A DNA stretch of 64,000 bases, taken from positions 289,044,001 through 289,108,000 of the forward strand of contig OZ024741.1 in assembly GCA_964016885.1 (NCBI GenBank), in the 5' to 3' direction. Both the position numbers and the translations under genes were made by a program. This document shows, piece after piece, positions 26,310 through 40,258 of the stretch (position 1 is its first letter; every line of letters begins with the position of its first letter). The notes beneath the pieces were generated by a model. It saw nothing but the letters and a program-made list of their open reading frames with translations. It was not told where the DNA came from and did no database searches. The stretch is from Eledone cirrhosa (lineage: Eukaryota).

Positions 26310-26735
26310 GCCAAAACAATGCAGGTATGGACATAGAAAAAAGAATGCAATTGCAAAAGATATTGTTGACAAATCGTCTTTTACCTATTTATTTAAATGT
26401 CCTTTAATTTTCGAGATAATATCTCTTCTTCAGAGGGAAATAAAGGTCTCAAAAACCAGCCTTCTAAATATCTTGCCAAGCCATGCTGACAGGAAATAGT
26501 ATAGAGTATCTGTTCTATCTCTAATGTCAAAGAGTTAAAATTAGATGGATAAAGAGTAGTCTCCCTTTAAAAGGGGTTTGTTTAGGGGTTTTTTTTTTTT
26601 TGTTATATACATGCCTGTTTAAGTGTGTGGGAGAATGCATGAAGGTGTAAGTGTGTGAGTGTGAGAAGATAAGTCTATTCGTAAATGTGGGGGATAGGTG
26701 TTATCTGGTGTTAGAACTGGTTTTGTGTGTGTATG
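26310..26735 (-). repeat. Inverted copy of the 3' UTR of the adjacent PLE
   Basis: Reverse complement nearly identical to 28168-28600. Confidence 0.9.
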
Positions 26736-28600
26736 TAAGACCCATCGTCTCTAGCATAGAAGGACCCCTATACAAAATTTCCTGGCTCCTCTCCCAGGTC
26801 CTCAAGCCTCTACTCTCCACCTTTCCCGGACATGTCAGTAGCTCCGACGAAGTTATACGTAGACTACACCAACTCCAGCCAGAACAACTTAAACTAAATA
26901 AATACGCTTTTAGCCTAGACGTTGTCTCCCTCTACACTACAGTCCCCGCTCATCCAGCTGTCGATTTATTGACGGACTGCGTGGTCGCAGAGGACATCCA
27001 CTGCTACGGCCTCCACCCGGCGGACATACACCAGCTTTTGTCCTTCACAGTAGACACAACGTACTTCACCTTCCACCACCACACATACAGACAGACAACA
27101 GGATTACCCATGGGATCCAGCCTATCGGGCCTGCTGGCCATCACCTACATGAACCAGCTAGAATGCCGAGCCCTCAACACCTGCCATTCCCATGCCTTCT
27201 TCACCCGATATGTAGATGACATACTCATCCTTACATCATCCCGTGAGGAGGCAGATAAAATATACACAACATTCTCCAGCATGGACGCCAGTATAAAGTT
27301 CAGCATGGAACACCCCGATGACCGCGGATCCCTATCCCTACTGGACTTCCAACTCAGGGTAACAGAGGAAGGCAACATCCACACCTGCTTCTATAAAAAA
27401 AGCCGCCAGCAGGGACCTGTTCGTGCATTTCAGATCGGCCCTCCCACTCGGTGCCAAGTTCGGATACATAAAGAACGAACTGGCACGTATCCAGAACAAA
27501 TGCACCGACGCTAGAGACCGAGACACACACACCACACATTTCCTGGAAGTACTCAAACTGAACGGATACACGACATCCACCACAAACCGTGCCAGAAAGA
27601 ACAGAGGACACCACACCCGAGGCACTAACACTTGCTTCCTGAAGCTCCCACACTTCAGTGAAGAAACAACAACAGCCATCCGCAGGGCCATCAGACGAGC
27701 GGGACTAGATATCCAACTGGCCCACTCAGGTCCTTCTCTACGCGGACAGCTAACCAAAAGACACTCCACCAGACATGACAACTGCTGCAGACTAGCCAAC
27801 TGCCCCATCAACGACACAGACCTATGCCACCAGGCTTACGTCGTATACAGACTAGAGTGTGACAAATGCAACAACTTCTACGTAGGTAGCACCACCAGAC
27901 CACTCCACATAAGAATAAAAGAACACCTCAATACTAACGCTTCCTCATTTAAGAAACACCGACAAAACCATAACAGTTAGGATAGAAACTAAGGAAAGAA
28001 ACCTCGGCAATCTTAGAATTAAGGAAGCACTAATTATAGATAAAACACAACCACCAATCAATAATAGACTAGAACTCAACACCCAATTTATAACCTGATA
28101 GGGCTCCTAGCCCCATATTTACACCCCCCCCCCACACACACGCTTACACCTCCACTTATTCTCTCACACATACACACACAAAACCAGTTCTAACACCAGA
28201 TAACACCTATCCCCCACATTTACGAATAGACTTATCTTCTCACACTCACACACACACACTCACATACTTACACCTTCATGCATTCTCCCACACACTTAAA
28301 CAGGCATGTATATAAAAAAAATAAAAAAACCCTAAACAAACCCCTTTTAAATGGAGACTACTCTTTATCCATCTAATTTTAACTCTTTGACATTAGAGAT
28401 AGAACAGATACTCTATACTATTTCCTGTCAGCATGGCTTGGCAAGATATTTAGAAGGCTGGTTTTTGAGACCTTTATTTCCCTCTGAAGAAGAGATATTA
28501 TCTCGAAAATTAAGGACATTTAAATAAATAGGTAAAAGACGATTTGTCAACAATATCTTTTGCAATTGCATTCTTTTTTCTATATCCATACCTGCATATA
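26736..28600 (+). mobile_element. 5'-truncated PLE (Penelope/Poseidon-like), RT + GIY-YIG + 3' UTR
   Basis: RPIVS, SLDVVSLY, GLPMGS, RYVDD, frameshift in the A-run near 27395, then YVVYRLECDKC..FYVGSTTRPLHIRIKEH. Confidence 0.9.
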
Positions 28601-28799
28601 TACACATACATACATACATACATAAATAAATATACATACATCTGAGATTCCAGCGTCCAATATACAAACCCAATGTCATCTCTCCTGTCCATCCGTTTGA
28701 CGCTATGGATTTCCACAATGCAAACTGAGAAGGGATCAGTCATGATCTTGCACATGTCGACTGGTCCTTCACGCACACTCACACATCCACTACATCAAA

Positions 28800-30540
28800 A
28801 AGTCCTGGCAGACATTTGTGGACACTGTTACAAACATTAAGAACTATAAACAAATCTAAGAGCAGAATCCCTAGAAATAGAAAAACGCTCATTAGGAAAA
28901 TTAAGAGAACTAACAAAAAAATCAACAAGCTGAAATACCGTCAGCAGCAACACACCAACTTGACTGCCATTTCATCACTAGAGATTAAAAAACATTACCT
29001 CCAAAACAATATGATGTCTATCATCAACAATCAGAGAAGAGCTGAAGAGGTCTGGGCCATTGAGAAGATCAAACTCAATCCCAAAGTGTTCTTTTCATTT
29101 GTAAAAAAAAAACACAAAATCACTGGCTCTACTGTTGGCTCTCTAATTGATGAAAATGGCACTCTTCAAGACAATACTAAAACCATAGGTTGAGATACTG
29201 CAGAAACAATACTGCTGTTTTCAGCAATCCTGATATGGCAGATCTGGGCTGTATCGACGATGTTACTCCCCATTACACCTTATCGGACATAACGTTTGGC
29301 GCCCCTGATGTCTTAGCGGCAATAAAGGAAATCAAGCATAATTCAGCAGTAGGTCCCGATAGGTTCCCTGCTTGTGTCTTGAAGGCGTGTCAACACCAAC
29401 TTGCATCTCCTCTTGCCAGTCTGTGGCGGAACTCACTGGATGCTGGATATGTGCCAGAAAACCTTCTATCCCAGTCTGTTGTCCCAGTTTTCAAAAGAGG
29501 AAACAAATACCTTGCCGTGAATCACTCACCTCTCATATCATTAAGGAGAGAGTGTTGAGATCACAAATGACTCACTTCCTTGAGAGTAACAATATGCTGG
29601 CTGAACTCTAACCTGCATGGATTCCGTAACGGAAGGGATTGCCTGACGCAGCTGCTGCATCACTTTGATGACATTTTGAGAGCCTTGGGAGGGGGTTCCA
29701 ACACTGATGTTATCTACCTTGATTTCAGCAAGGCCTTTGACAGGGTTGATCACAACATTCTACTGAGAAAGCTGTCCAATATTGGTGTCACTGGAAAGCT
29801 GCTGCAGTGGATCAAGTGCTTCCTGTCAAACAGGACCCAACATGTAGTCGAAGGAGTCCCACAAGGCACTGTGTTGGGCCCACTTCTCTTCATCATCTAT
29901 ATTAATGACATCACTGTCATCATCAAACACAGCAACATTAGAATTTTCGCTGATGATTCCAAGCTCCAGAAGGTCATCAATGGCGTGGATGACCGGATAA
30001 GCCTTCAGACAGACCTACTGGCTGTTACCCAATGGGCGGAAAAGAACAACATGATACTGAACGAAGACAAATTCGAACTGATCCACTTTGGAAAAGAGGA
30101 TGCTCTGAAACTAGCGTACTCCCTTCCATCCGGTGAAACTCTCGTGGCATCTAACAACATCAGAGACTTGGGAGTAACTGGACAGCAACATAAGCTGGGC
30201 CACGCATATAAGCAGCAAAGTTTACATGGCCCGCAGAATGTGTTCCTGGATCCTCAGAGCCTTCCAGTCGAGAGATTCCCACACCATTATCCTTCTCTAC
30301 TTTTGCCCGACCACACCTTGAATACTGTTGTCCACTGTGGTCTCCTCACACGAAACAAAGTATCATGAAACTTGAAGCTCGCCAAAGGGCAATCACGAAA
30401 AAGATAGATGGCATGACAGACCTTCACTAATGGGGTCGACTAGAAAAGCTGAAACTTTACTCACTCCATCCAATGTCGCCGTGAGCGTTATATTATCTGC
30501 ATGATGTGTAAAATGTTTCATCAGCACTGCCCAAATTATT
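28800..30540 (+). pseudogene. Non-LTR LINE RT remnant (CR1/Jockey group)
   Basis: SAVGPDRFP, HGFR, DVIYLDFSKAFDRVDH, GVPQGTVLGPLLF, FADDSK, RDLGV. Confidence 0.9.
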
Positions 30541-31370
30541 GTACGAACATTTCGTGTTATTGATTTTTTATCATTCAATATTCAAACTGAATATTGTTAT
30601 AATAAAATAAACATTGTAACAACACAATCCTGGTATTTTTCTTTACATCCAACAGTTACATCCATCCACTTATCGTTACAACCACACAAATATACCGTTA
30701 CACTTACTTCAATCAATATTTTTAATTTTTTAGTTTTAATTTCTAATTCTCAATCATAATTTCCACAGTGAAACCATAATACCTAGAAGAAAGTATATAT
30801 TCTCTTAGCTGGTGATGGTCAATTCTACTGTCCATGCTTAATTTAGGGGTAGTATTGAGACCTATCGAAACTCATACTCTCCCACCCCCACTAGCTTTCG
30901 TCCAACTGCCACTGGCCGGATGGCTAGCAGTAAACTATAACCGTGTCATATTACAGACCTGAATGGGGTGGTGATTGTTTGGTTGAGAGGGGGACCTGCC
31001 AACACACACAAATTCTTCTAAAAATAGCAGTAGCCGAAAAGCTGACGTGACCTGGCTAATGACCTCCAACACCAACACCACTACCACTACCAACACAAGG
31101 GAGGAGGTCAGCTGTACTTAACAAAAACAACCACAACAGATTGCCTTGCCTCAGAAAAAATTTCTATAGACTTTTGACTGAGGAATGTTCTCACAACTGA
31201 CCAATGGGAGGAGAGAGTGTCCTTTGACGCCGAAATTCGTTTGTTCGAATTTATATGATTCCAGTCCTCAGAGAAATAACAACCCAACTAGGAACTGGGC
31301 ATATGGGAGTATTGACGCAGTTAAACACCTCAAAAACATGTGTACCCGTCTCTACCACACCAATTCGGAC

Positions 31371-31421
31371 TGCCTGAAGAGGTCACAGCCAAGGATGGCT
31401 GTCACCGAAATATATATAGCA
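31371..31421 (+). ncRNA. Type I hammerhead ribozyme motif
   Basis: TGC-CTGAAGA-GGTcACAGCCA(AGGA)TGGCTGTcACC-GAAA-TATATATA-GCA; second copy at 56231. Confidence 0.7.
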
Positions 31422-31943
31422 TTAATAAATATATATAGCTTTAATAAACGAAGCCAACTTCAAGAGGAAATGTGATCTTTGCCCCATGCACCCCACGAGC
31501 TCATCAACAGCGATAAGTTGAACACATCGCTTAAAAATATTCTTCTTCGGATGGGTTAAAGATGAGGAGTGAAACCGTGCACCGGATCTTCCTGCAACAA
31601 GTCTTAACACCCCGGTGGTAAGGCGCTGCAAAATAACACCCAGGAAACTATCCTTGCATACCAGACCCAGCCTCAAACGACTCAGACAAACATGCGGCAA
31701 AAAAACTCTCAAAATAAGCGTTGATTACATAAGTATCGACAATGGTAAGGTTGTAACCTCATCTCGTAGCGGATAAAAAAATGTGTCCGCCCGGGAAAGA
31801 CAGCCCTAACATCTGTCCAGAGTTACCTCCCTTGACCTGCTGCAAGATCAAAACAAGCTATTTTTGCAAGCAATGAACCTTGACGTGGATTTAACCCAAA
31901 AAACTCTTTCCGAGCAATGTAAGGAACACTTTTGATTATTTAT

Positions 31944-31983
31944 GCCCCTGAGAAGCCCAACTGGGCGAAACGTACGTAGGTGC
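31944..31983 (+). ncRNA. Hammerhead-like motif with variant core
   Basis: CTGAGAA (G8 replaced by A), stem II GCCC/GGGC, GAAA, palindromic ACGTACGT, GUA site. Confidence 0.5.
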
Positions 31984-32037
31984 TGTTTTAAATAAACCTG
32001 TTTTAACGGTCTATTCTCCGGTTTCTTACTTTCCCAC

Positions 32038-32137
<100 letters not shown>

Positions 32138-32709
32138 CGTAAATTAAGAAAATTTTAAAAATTAAAAATGTACGCATATGTTGGTAAATATACTAATTCT
32201 CTATATTTATCTCCAAATTATTTATTTGTTGAGCAAACTGGCCAAATCCACTGCTGATTCATAGTAGTGGTAGTAGGCTCTTGTCATAATACCACCCCAT
32301 TCCTACTGACTAGCCTCAGTGTCAAGTGATTGATTCTTTAGAATCTGCCACTTGACCAGAGACAGTGAACTTCTTCAGTGCTATGGAATTCAGTCCCCGC
32401 TAGCTGTTCCATCCACTGAATTATTAATGAGTTCCTAGTGTCCGCGCATCGCCTGGGAACTTAGCTGAGAATAGACTCCCTGATGCGTAACTATATTTAT
32501 CCCATTAGAGAAAGTAATTAGTTGGAGTGAAAATTTTAGTAAGTTAATTTTTAATTTTTAAAATTTTCTTATTTTACGTCTTTCATATAATTGTTCTGCA
32601 TACCCCTGCATAGAACCACCTAGGTACTGACATAACTTATGTATTTGCTAGCATTAGTGTACATCTGTACGCATATGTTGGTAAATATACTAATTCTCTA
32701 TATTTATGT

Positions 32710-33790
32710 CCAAAAAAACATACCAACCCAAGGTAAAAAGGAATACTTATTGAGTATGATACAAAAAACAAACGAATTCATTCGACGTGTCAGGTGGAAA
32801 ACGTTCCACTATGATAGAAGCCGTATGAACTCACCATCAGAAAGTGGTGTAAACAACAAATTTGGTTTTAGAACGTGTAAAAACCCACCCACTAACCCAC
32901 TATTAGATGCATTTGAGCAGGACCTTATGGACTTAATCCTTAAAATTAAATTCAAAGGACGTAACACCAACAACAAACTGCAGAAAGATATTAAAAAACT
33001 ACTGGACGACCTTAAAAACACCAAAGGAATTGTAGTAAAAGCGGACAAAACATCTAACCTGTACACTATAGAGCCATTGAGTTTGCTAACGATAACTCTA
33101 ACCTTACAAACGAAGAAATTAAGATTATATTAGAAGCTAGGAAAACTATAGTCAAATTTGAGAACAGTTATTGGGATCGTAAAGATAGACCCTCCAACTT
33201 TGACATAACAATGGGCTCTAACGATTCGGCGGAAATAACTGATATTGTGGGGTTATTTATCGCAAGGTTATTTATCGCCTTTAGACTCCAGGAAAAATTC
33301 AGTAATCTCCACGGTGGAATATACCGCGATGATGCTCTCCTCCTAGTTAAAAACCTAAATAACCAAAAACTAGAAAAACTACGCAAAAATACAAGAAAAC
33401 TACTACTTGAAATAAAAAAATATCATCTATAAGTGTACCATTGAATCCGGAGGCAACGAGTGGTATTACGTGGGATCAACGGCAACATCGTTTAAATCTC
33501 GATTATATAGGCCATTCTTACTCAATAAAACACAAGAGCCAAAGAAATGTAACAACTTTAGCAGAAAAGGCTTGGACGCTCAGGGATAGCGATCAAAAGT
33601 TTACCCTAAAATGAGAGAAATTAGCTAAAACCCAAAGCTTTTCCAGAAGCCAAAATTTTTGCAAATTATGTAATCTTGAGATTTATTACATAATCACACT
33701 CTCAAGTAGAAATTGCTTAATAACAGAATTGAACGGAACATTATTCTGCCGTCACCGAACTAAAACCCTTTTTTCCCACTACAAGCTGAA
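32710..33790 (+). pseudogene. PLE (Nematis-like), multiply deleted
   Basis: KNIP, RRVRWK, ADKTSNLY, MGSNDSAEITDIVG, IYRDD, WYYVGST, CKLC. Confidence 0.85.
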
Positions 33791-34022
33791 TAGTACATAA
33801 ACGAGGGACATCCTCCCAACTATACAAATCCTCAATCTAGTTAGAAAAATACAAAAACAATCTCCTCTCAACATATATATGTACTATTAATAACCTTAAA
33901 TTATCACACTAATAATGGATAAATATGCTGGTGAGAATAGGTGCGAATATGTTATAATGAATGTGTCTAAAAGCGACAATATGTGTGTATATATGTGAAA
34001 ATGTATACAAATAAGTAGGTGA

Positions 34023-34057
<35 letters not shown>

Positions 34058-34121
34058 TGATGTGTATAATTAAATGTATGTGTATTCATGTATGTGTATG
34101 TGTGTGTGTGTGGGGGGGTGT

Positions 34122-34176
<55 letters not shown>

Positions 34177-34177
34177 G

Positions 34178-35962
34178 TTCGGAGAAAGGTCACGGCGGAT
34201 TAGATCGGGGTTGAGCCGGTATTTAAGTTATGTTCCAAGGAATGGAAGCCGTGTGAGCGTGTGTTATATATAATGAAAAATTTGAACAGGGACGGAACAG
34301 AGAGGCAGTACAATAAATGTTTATTAAATTCACGCTCAGGAGAGTGGGGGATAGGTGGGGGACGACGTTTCGGGTATAAGCCCTTCTTCAGGTGAAAAGT
34401 GTGTGGGAGGAGAGTTCAAAGGGTGGAGAGACATATAGCGAAAAGGGGGTGGGAGGAAACGGTGCGAATGAAATTAAAAATAAAAGCATGATCAAAATAA
34501 AATTAAAATGGGGTAAAACAGGTGGTTGAAGGGTGTGGGGCGTGTAAGGGTGGTGGCAGGTGGAGTGGGGAGAGGGAGACGGGGTGTCCGAGGGGGGAGG
34601 GCTGAAGGTGGTGTAAGTGTGTATGTATGTGAAAGCAAGGGTTGGGGGAAGAACGGGGTTGCATGTTCAGGAAGAGGTGTGTGTGTGGGGTGGGGGTGTA
34701 GGTCGGAGCGCGCGCGCGCGCGTGCGTGCGTGTGTGTGTGGTTAGAGGGGTGAGATAAGAGGAATCCGGAGGCTGAAGGTGTAAATATGTGGTGGAAAGC
34801 ACGTGTGTGGGGTTTAAGCGTGTTGTGGGTGTAGGTGGCGTGTGGGAAAATAATATTTTTTTTTGGTGTGTGGGTGAGTTATAAAGGTGAGTCCGTAAGA
34901 AGATGTGGTTGAATGGTTGGTAAACTCCTAGGATGGTAGTTGATTCCCCGGTCAAGGTCCACATACGAGTAATTCATGAAGAGATGGGGTGCGCGCGCAA
35001 CAGGAAGTGGTCAAGGCAGTAGGAGTGATGTGTCTGTGTGTGCTGGGAGGTGGTCAGAGGGCATAGCAGCAGTAGGGTGGAATGGTAAAGGGGCGAGGAT
35101 GGGTAGGTGTGAAAGTTGGAGTGAGGGGGGTGTGTGTGTATTAGTAGGTTAGTGGGATGAGTGAGTGTTGGAGAAAGGGTGTGGGTGTCGATGGAGGGAG
35201 TGCGGTGTACTGGTGTGTGAAAAGGAGGGGCGTGTTAATGTGGGATGTGTGGGGGGAGGGGGCGGTCGAAGGCTAAAGGAATAAGGGTGTGGAGTTCAGG
35301 CCGGGGGCAGTGTGGGTCTGTAAGATGAAGATAGTTCGTTGTTCGACCGTAAGGCGATTGGCGGGTGTTCCGTGGCACTGGAGTGGGCCACAGACTGCGA
35401 GATGGCGTGCGGAATGTCCAGGGGCACCAAAGTGGCGGGCGATGGGGGAAATACCACATAGACGAATATCCCGGAGGTGCTCAGTGAATCGGTCCGCCAG
35501 GCGACGTCCCGTCTGTCCGACGTAAGTCTGTAGACTAGGTTGGAGGAAGTGCAGCGGAAGGCATGACGGACAGAGAGAGTGGCCGTTGGGACCCTGGAAG
35601 GTGGTGTGGTGTTGGTGATGTGGGGACAGGTGTTGCAGCGGGGCCTAGAACATGGAAAGGAACGGGGGGGGAGCTGTGGACGAGGAGGGTGCGAAGTTGT
35701 GTGCGCGTTTGAAGGAGAGTAGTGGGGTTGGGAAGATGTGGGAGGTGGGGGCGTCGGAAGAGGCGGCGGATGGTGCGGTGGAGGGGTAAGGTGGAGGGGT
35801 GCTAGGTGATGGGGAAGGGGAGACGGTGGGTGTGCGGTGGCGCGGGGTGAGGGTGGGGGAGCGGTGGACAGCACGGTCGCGGGTGAGAGCGGTGTGGACG
35901 AGAGGGGGGCGGGGGTAACCTCTGCGGGTGAAATGGCTGACTAGGGAAAGGGCCTGGGACTC
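34178..35962 (-). mobile_element. 3' part of the C-rich PLE: GIY-YIG remnant, 3' UTR and hammerhead-bearing pLTR
   Basis: Minus strand FPCSRPRCNTC...FRCTSSNLVY; UTR matches 12400-13270 and 8165-8570; hammerhead core at about 34361-34391. Confidence 0.85.
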
Positions 35963-36099
35963 GATATATATCTATACATGGACAAGAGTATGTATGTATA
36001 TATATATATATGTGTGTGTGTCTATATGTGTGTATATGAAGATATAAGTAGAGTATGAAAGTGTATATACATGAATGCGTATCTATGTACATATATATA

Positions 36100-36191
<92 letters not shown>

Positions 36192-36622
36192 GGTATATAT
36201 GTATGTAAGTATGTGTATGTGAGTGTATGTATTTGTAGAGGTGTACATATATGTATGTGTGGGAATGTGTGTTGTTTTTTAAAAAATAAGTATATATACG
36301 TATATAATGTGTGGGCGAACGGATGCGTACACTTGAAAGAAAAATTTAAATCTGTATGTGAATTAAGTGCAAACACAAAACCAACAATGCATATCTTTAC
36401 TATCTCTAATCCTTCGATAGATTTAGAAAAATAACCAATACAACTAACGCCAAATAATGAATATTCTATAAAAATGTTAAACTCAACTCACAAAATAACA
36501 GATGGGAATCTAATTACCCACTGCTATCAAAAATTTCTATCCACTCCCTTAACTACTATTCTTCTAACAACTTCACTCCTCCCTCTTAATATTCTCTATA
36601 AAAACCAAACAAGTTCTCAATG

Positions 36623-36667
36623 ATATTATTCTGATGAAATGGTAGTTGAAAATAACATTCAAAATAT
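36623..36667 (+). ncRNA. Possible AU-rich hammerhead motif
   Basis: CTGATGA-AAT(GGTA)GTT-GAAA-AT(AAC)ATTC with a bulged AU stem I. Weak stems. Confidence 0.3.
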
Positions 36668-36919
36668 TGAGTGTCTGCATAATTAATACTTTGTAGATAG
36701 CGGGTTGTTTTCAGGTTATATAACTGTTATTGAAACACGTGTCAATAAATTCCTTTTACTGAACTGTATCCATTTAAATCCTCCTATTTTCTCCGGATTA
36801 CTTTTGAAACTACAACTGGAACCGTCGAGCAAACCCTACGTGAGCTGTCCATCTACTGTGTATAATATTCATATTACAACACTACGGATAATACTATATA
36901 TATATATATATATATATAT

Positions 36920-38084
36920 GCGATGGGTACTTACGCCAACTTAGTCATGGCATACTTTAGAAGTCCAGATATATGAACAGTCCAAATCAAAATACGGATT
37001 GAACTTCCACAAATTTTTATCAGAGAATTGGAAACGCTACTTGGATGATTGTCTCATTCTTTGGTCCAACACACTCGACCAACTGAAGGACTTCAAAAGC
37101 TTAATAAACGGCATCAATAACCACATCCAATTCGCAATGTAATACAGCCCAAGATCAACTCCCATTTCTGGACATCTTAATCTTAAAAAAAGACACAAAT
37201 ATTGAAACTGACATACACTACAAACCAACAGATTCCAAACAATACCTGCTATATACCTCCAAAGCATACAAGACGAACATTCCTTTTAACCTAGCAAGAA
37301 GAATTTGCACAATTGTCTCCAATTATGAAGCGCGAAATAAAAGACTTCAAGAATTAAAGGAAATTCTACTCGAAAGAGAGTACCCATTATTACTAATAAA
37401 TAATGGAATAGAAAGGGCTAAAGCAATAGGCATTGATGAATTACGAAAACAGAAACAAATTCAAGGTACGTCCAATATTCTATCATATATCTCAACACAC
37501 AACCCAAGAAATGCGGAAGCTTACAACATTATTCACAAGAACATCCCACTACTAAAACAAAACCCAAGAATGAAAAAGGCCCTTGAAACACACACAATAA
37601 TCAAAATAAAAAAAAACCGAAATCACTGAAAACATTACTCACCAATGCCAAATTACCTACCACAAACCCACAACCAAGTGTCAAAAAATTGTGGTCGCTC
37701 TAATTGTGGAACCTGCACTCACCTCATTGAAGGCAACATGTATACATTTAAATCAGGACAAAATTTTACTGTAAAAAATCACTTCGCTTGCTCATCAAAA
37801 AAATCTACTTTATGCCATTAAATGTAAAGGATGCAATGAAGATTATATAGGACAAACTAAACTCACTCAGAAACAGAATGACAATTCATCGCCAACAATT
37901 ACGAGATCCAACCACGAGACAAATACCACTAAGCGCACATCTAGACATATGCGCAAGTAATAAGATACCCAAATTCCAAGTCTTCCCATTTTACCTTTGC
38001 GCTAACAATACAACAGAACAAATACGAATCAATAAGGAAAATATGTTTATTCAAAAATATAGACCAGCATTACATATGGTTTAA
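36920..38084 (+). pseudogene. PLE 3' fragment (Neptune-like), RT + GIY-YIG
   Basis: MGT, WKRYLDD, FLDI, YKPTDSKQYL, NIPFNLARRI, CGRSNCGTC, YAIKCKGC..YIGQT. Confidence 0.85.
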
Positions 38085-38454
38085 TATACATTATTTCAAC
38101 ACCATAACATGCTAACCATCCAAACAGACACATACACACACACACATAACACCTACTTTAGAAAATAAAAACCGGAACTAAATAAACCTTAACATACGTT
38201 TGAACTGACAGTACAACAGAACAAATACGAATAAGTAAGGATATGTTCATTCAAAAATATTCCTACTAAAGGAATCATTTTCCTACACACACACAAACAC
38301 ACACACACACAATATATATATATATATCTTCATCTTAACATGCTAACCATACTCCCACACACATAACACCCATACACACACATAACAACCCCCACACCTA
38401 CACACACAACTCCCTCCCCCATTTCTACTAATAGAATCATCTTCGAATACACCC

Positions 38455-38744
38455 ACACACATACACAAATAAACATACATATCTTTACTTTCAATAGAAA
38501 ATCTGAATTCTGACACCCCAGCGAACTAACCATATTCACTGAACCAGAACATTTCTCTTGACCATTATCTTTTGCTTGTCATAAAATTCTCTGAAAAGAT
38601 TACAGAATAGATTTCCAAATAAGGGCGCGAAAATTTAATGAAAACCTGTTCACGTGACAGCCATAATTTCATTTATAACCAATCAAATTACGTTTATTAA
38701 AAAAAGCCTTCGTGAGTCACTTTTTTTTAAGTAAAAAGAAATCC

Positions 38745-38809
<65 letters not shown>

Positions 38810-39110
38810 TAAACATACATATCTTTGCTTTCTTTATTCAATAGAAAATCTGAATTCTGACACCCCAGCGAACTAACCAAATTCACTGAACCAGAACAAT
38901 TCTCCCATCCCATTTCTCTTGACCATTATCTTTTACTTATCATAAAATTCTCTAAAAAGGCTACAGAATGGATTTCCAAATAAGGGCGCGAAAATTTAAT
39001 GAAAACTTGTTCACGTGACAGTCATAATTTCATTTATAACCAATCAAATTACGTTTATTAAAAAAAACCTTCGTGAGCCCCCTTTTTTTTTAAAGTAAAA
39101 AGAAATTCAA
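38455..39110 (+). repeat. ~350-bp direct duplication in a PLE 3' region
   Basis: 38455-38745 is nearly identical to 38800-39110. Confidence 0.85.
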
Positions 39111-39316
39111 ACACTCATACATGAAAAAACAACCTGTGGACCCCCCCCCCCTGTTTGAAGAACTTTGTAACGCGAACTGGCGCGAAATTTATAATTTATA
39201 ATTATTGACCAACCAATCAAATTACTTCTCGAGCCACTTTTTCCATATAAAACAAGTAACATTCACAGAGACCAACCAGATATGAGAAAAACCACAGACC
39301 CTCCATCTCAACTCTA

Positions 39317-39352
39317 CTTTTGAAAAGCAGAAGAACTGCGAAACCGGTAAAG
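39317..39352 (+). ncRNA. Minimal hammerhead motif, U3-A8 variant
   Basis: CTT-TTGAAAA-GCAG(AAGAA)CTGC-GAAA-CCGGTA-AAG. Confidence 0.6.
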
Positions 39353-39422
39353 GAACCAAATAAATATATATATTTAAAACAAAAATAAGACTACAGTCGC
39401 ATTTCCGTTTTCATCTTTTTTT

Positions 39423-39514
<92 letters not shown>

Positions 39515-40200
39515 CAAACATGAGAAGAAAGAAAAATACTGCGTGGTTGCACATGGGTTACATATGATATATATATATATATTTATTTATTTATTTAATT
39601 TTAATTTTATTTATTTATTTTAATTTAATTTTATTTATTTATTTATTTATTTAATTACATTTAATTATATCTTATATTATATTATTTTACTTTAGTCTAT
39701 TTTATTTTATTTTAGTTTACCTTATTTTATCTTATTTTATGAGTATATTATATTATGTTCTATTTTATATAATTTTAATTTTAATTTTATATTATTTTAT
39801 TTCATTCCTTACCCTGTATCACTATTATCTGTATATTTTATATTTTATATGTAAGTTTGTTATATATTTCTTTATATTTTCTTATATATATTATAAGTCT
39901 GTTTTTCACCTATTTTTTACCTACTCTTACCTAATCCTATCTATCTTATCTACTCTTGTCTGTTCTCTTATCCATGTGTATGCTTGTATGTAACTATATG
40001 TTGACAGCACCCCGCCCAACTGTGACTGATAGCACCCCTTATTTTTCATTGTTTATTTTATTATTTTTATTTTTATTTTTATTTTTATTTTCATTTTTAT
40101 TCTTATTTTTACTTTTACTTCTTTAATATCCTTTATCTTCTATTATTTTTCATTCTTCAATGTCTTGGATTTGTTATTGCTTGTATGGTATGTAATTAAC

Positions 40201-40258
40201 CTTTATGCTCTGATGAGTCCCACTTATAGTGCGGATGAAACAATGTTAGCAAGTAAAG
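40201..40258 (+). ncRNA. Type I hammerhead ribozyme motif
   Basis: CTTTA-TGCT-CTGATGA-GTCC.CAC(TTATA)GTG.c.GGAT-GAAA-C(AAT)GTT-AGCA-ag-TAAAG; extended stem I; GUU site. Confidence 0.7.

Noticed and set aside
30805-30880. CTGGTGA...CGAAAC hammerhead-like spacing
   Set aside because: The core deviates and stems I and III cannot be formed convincingly.
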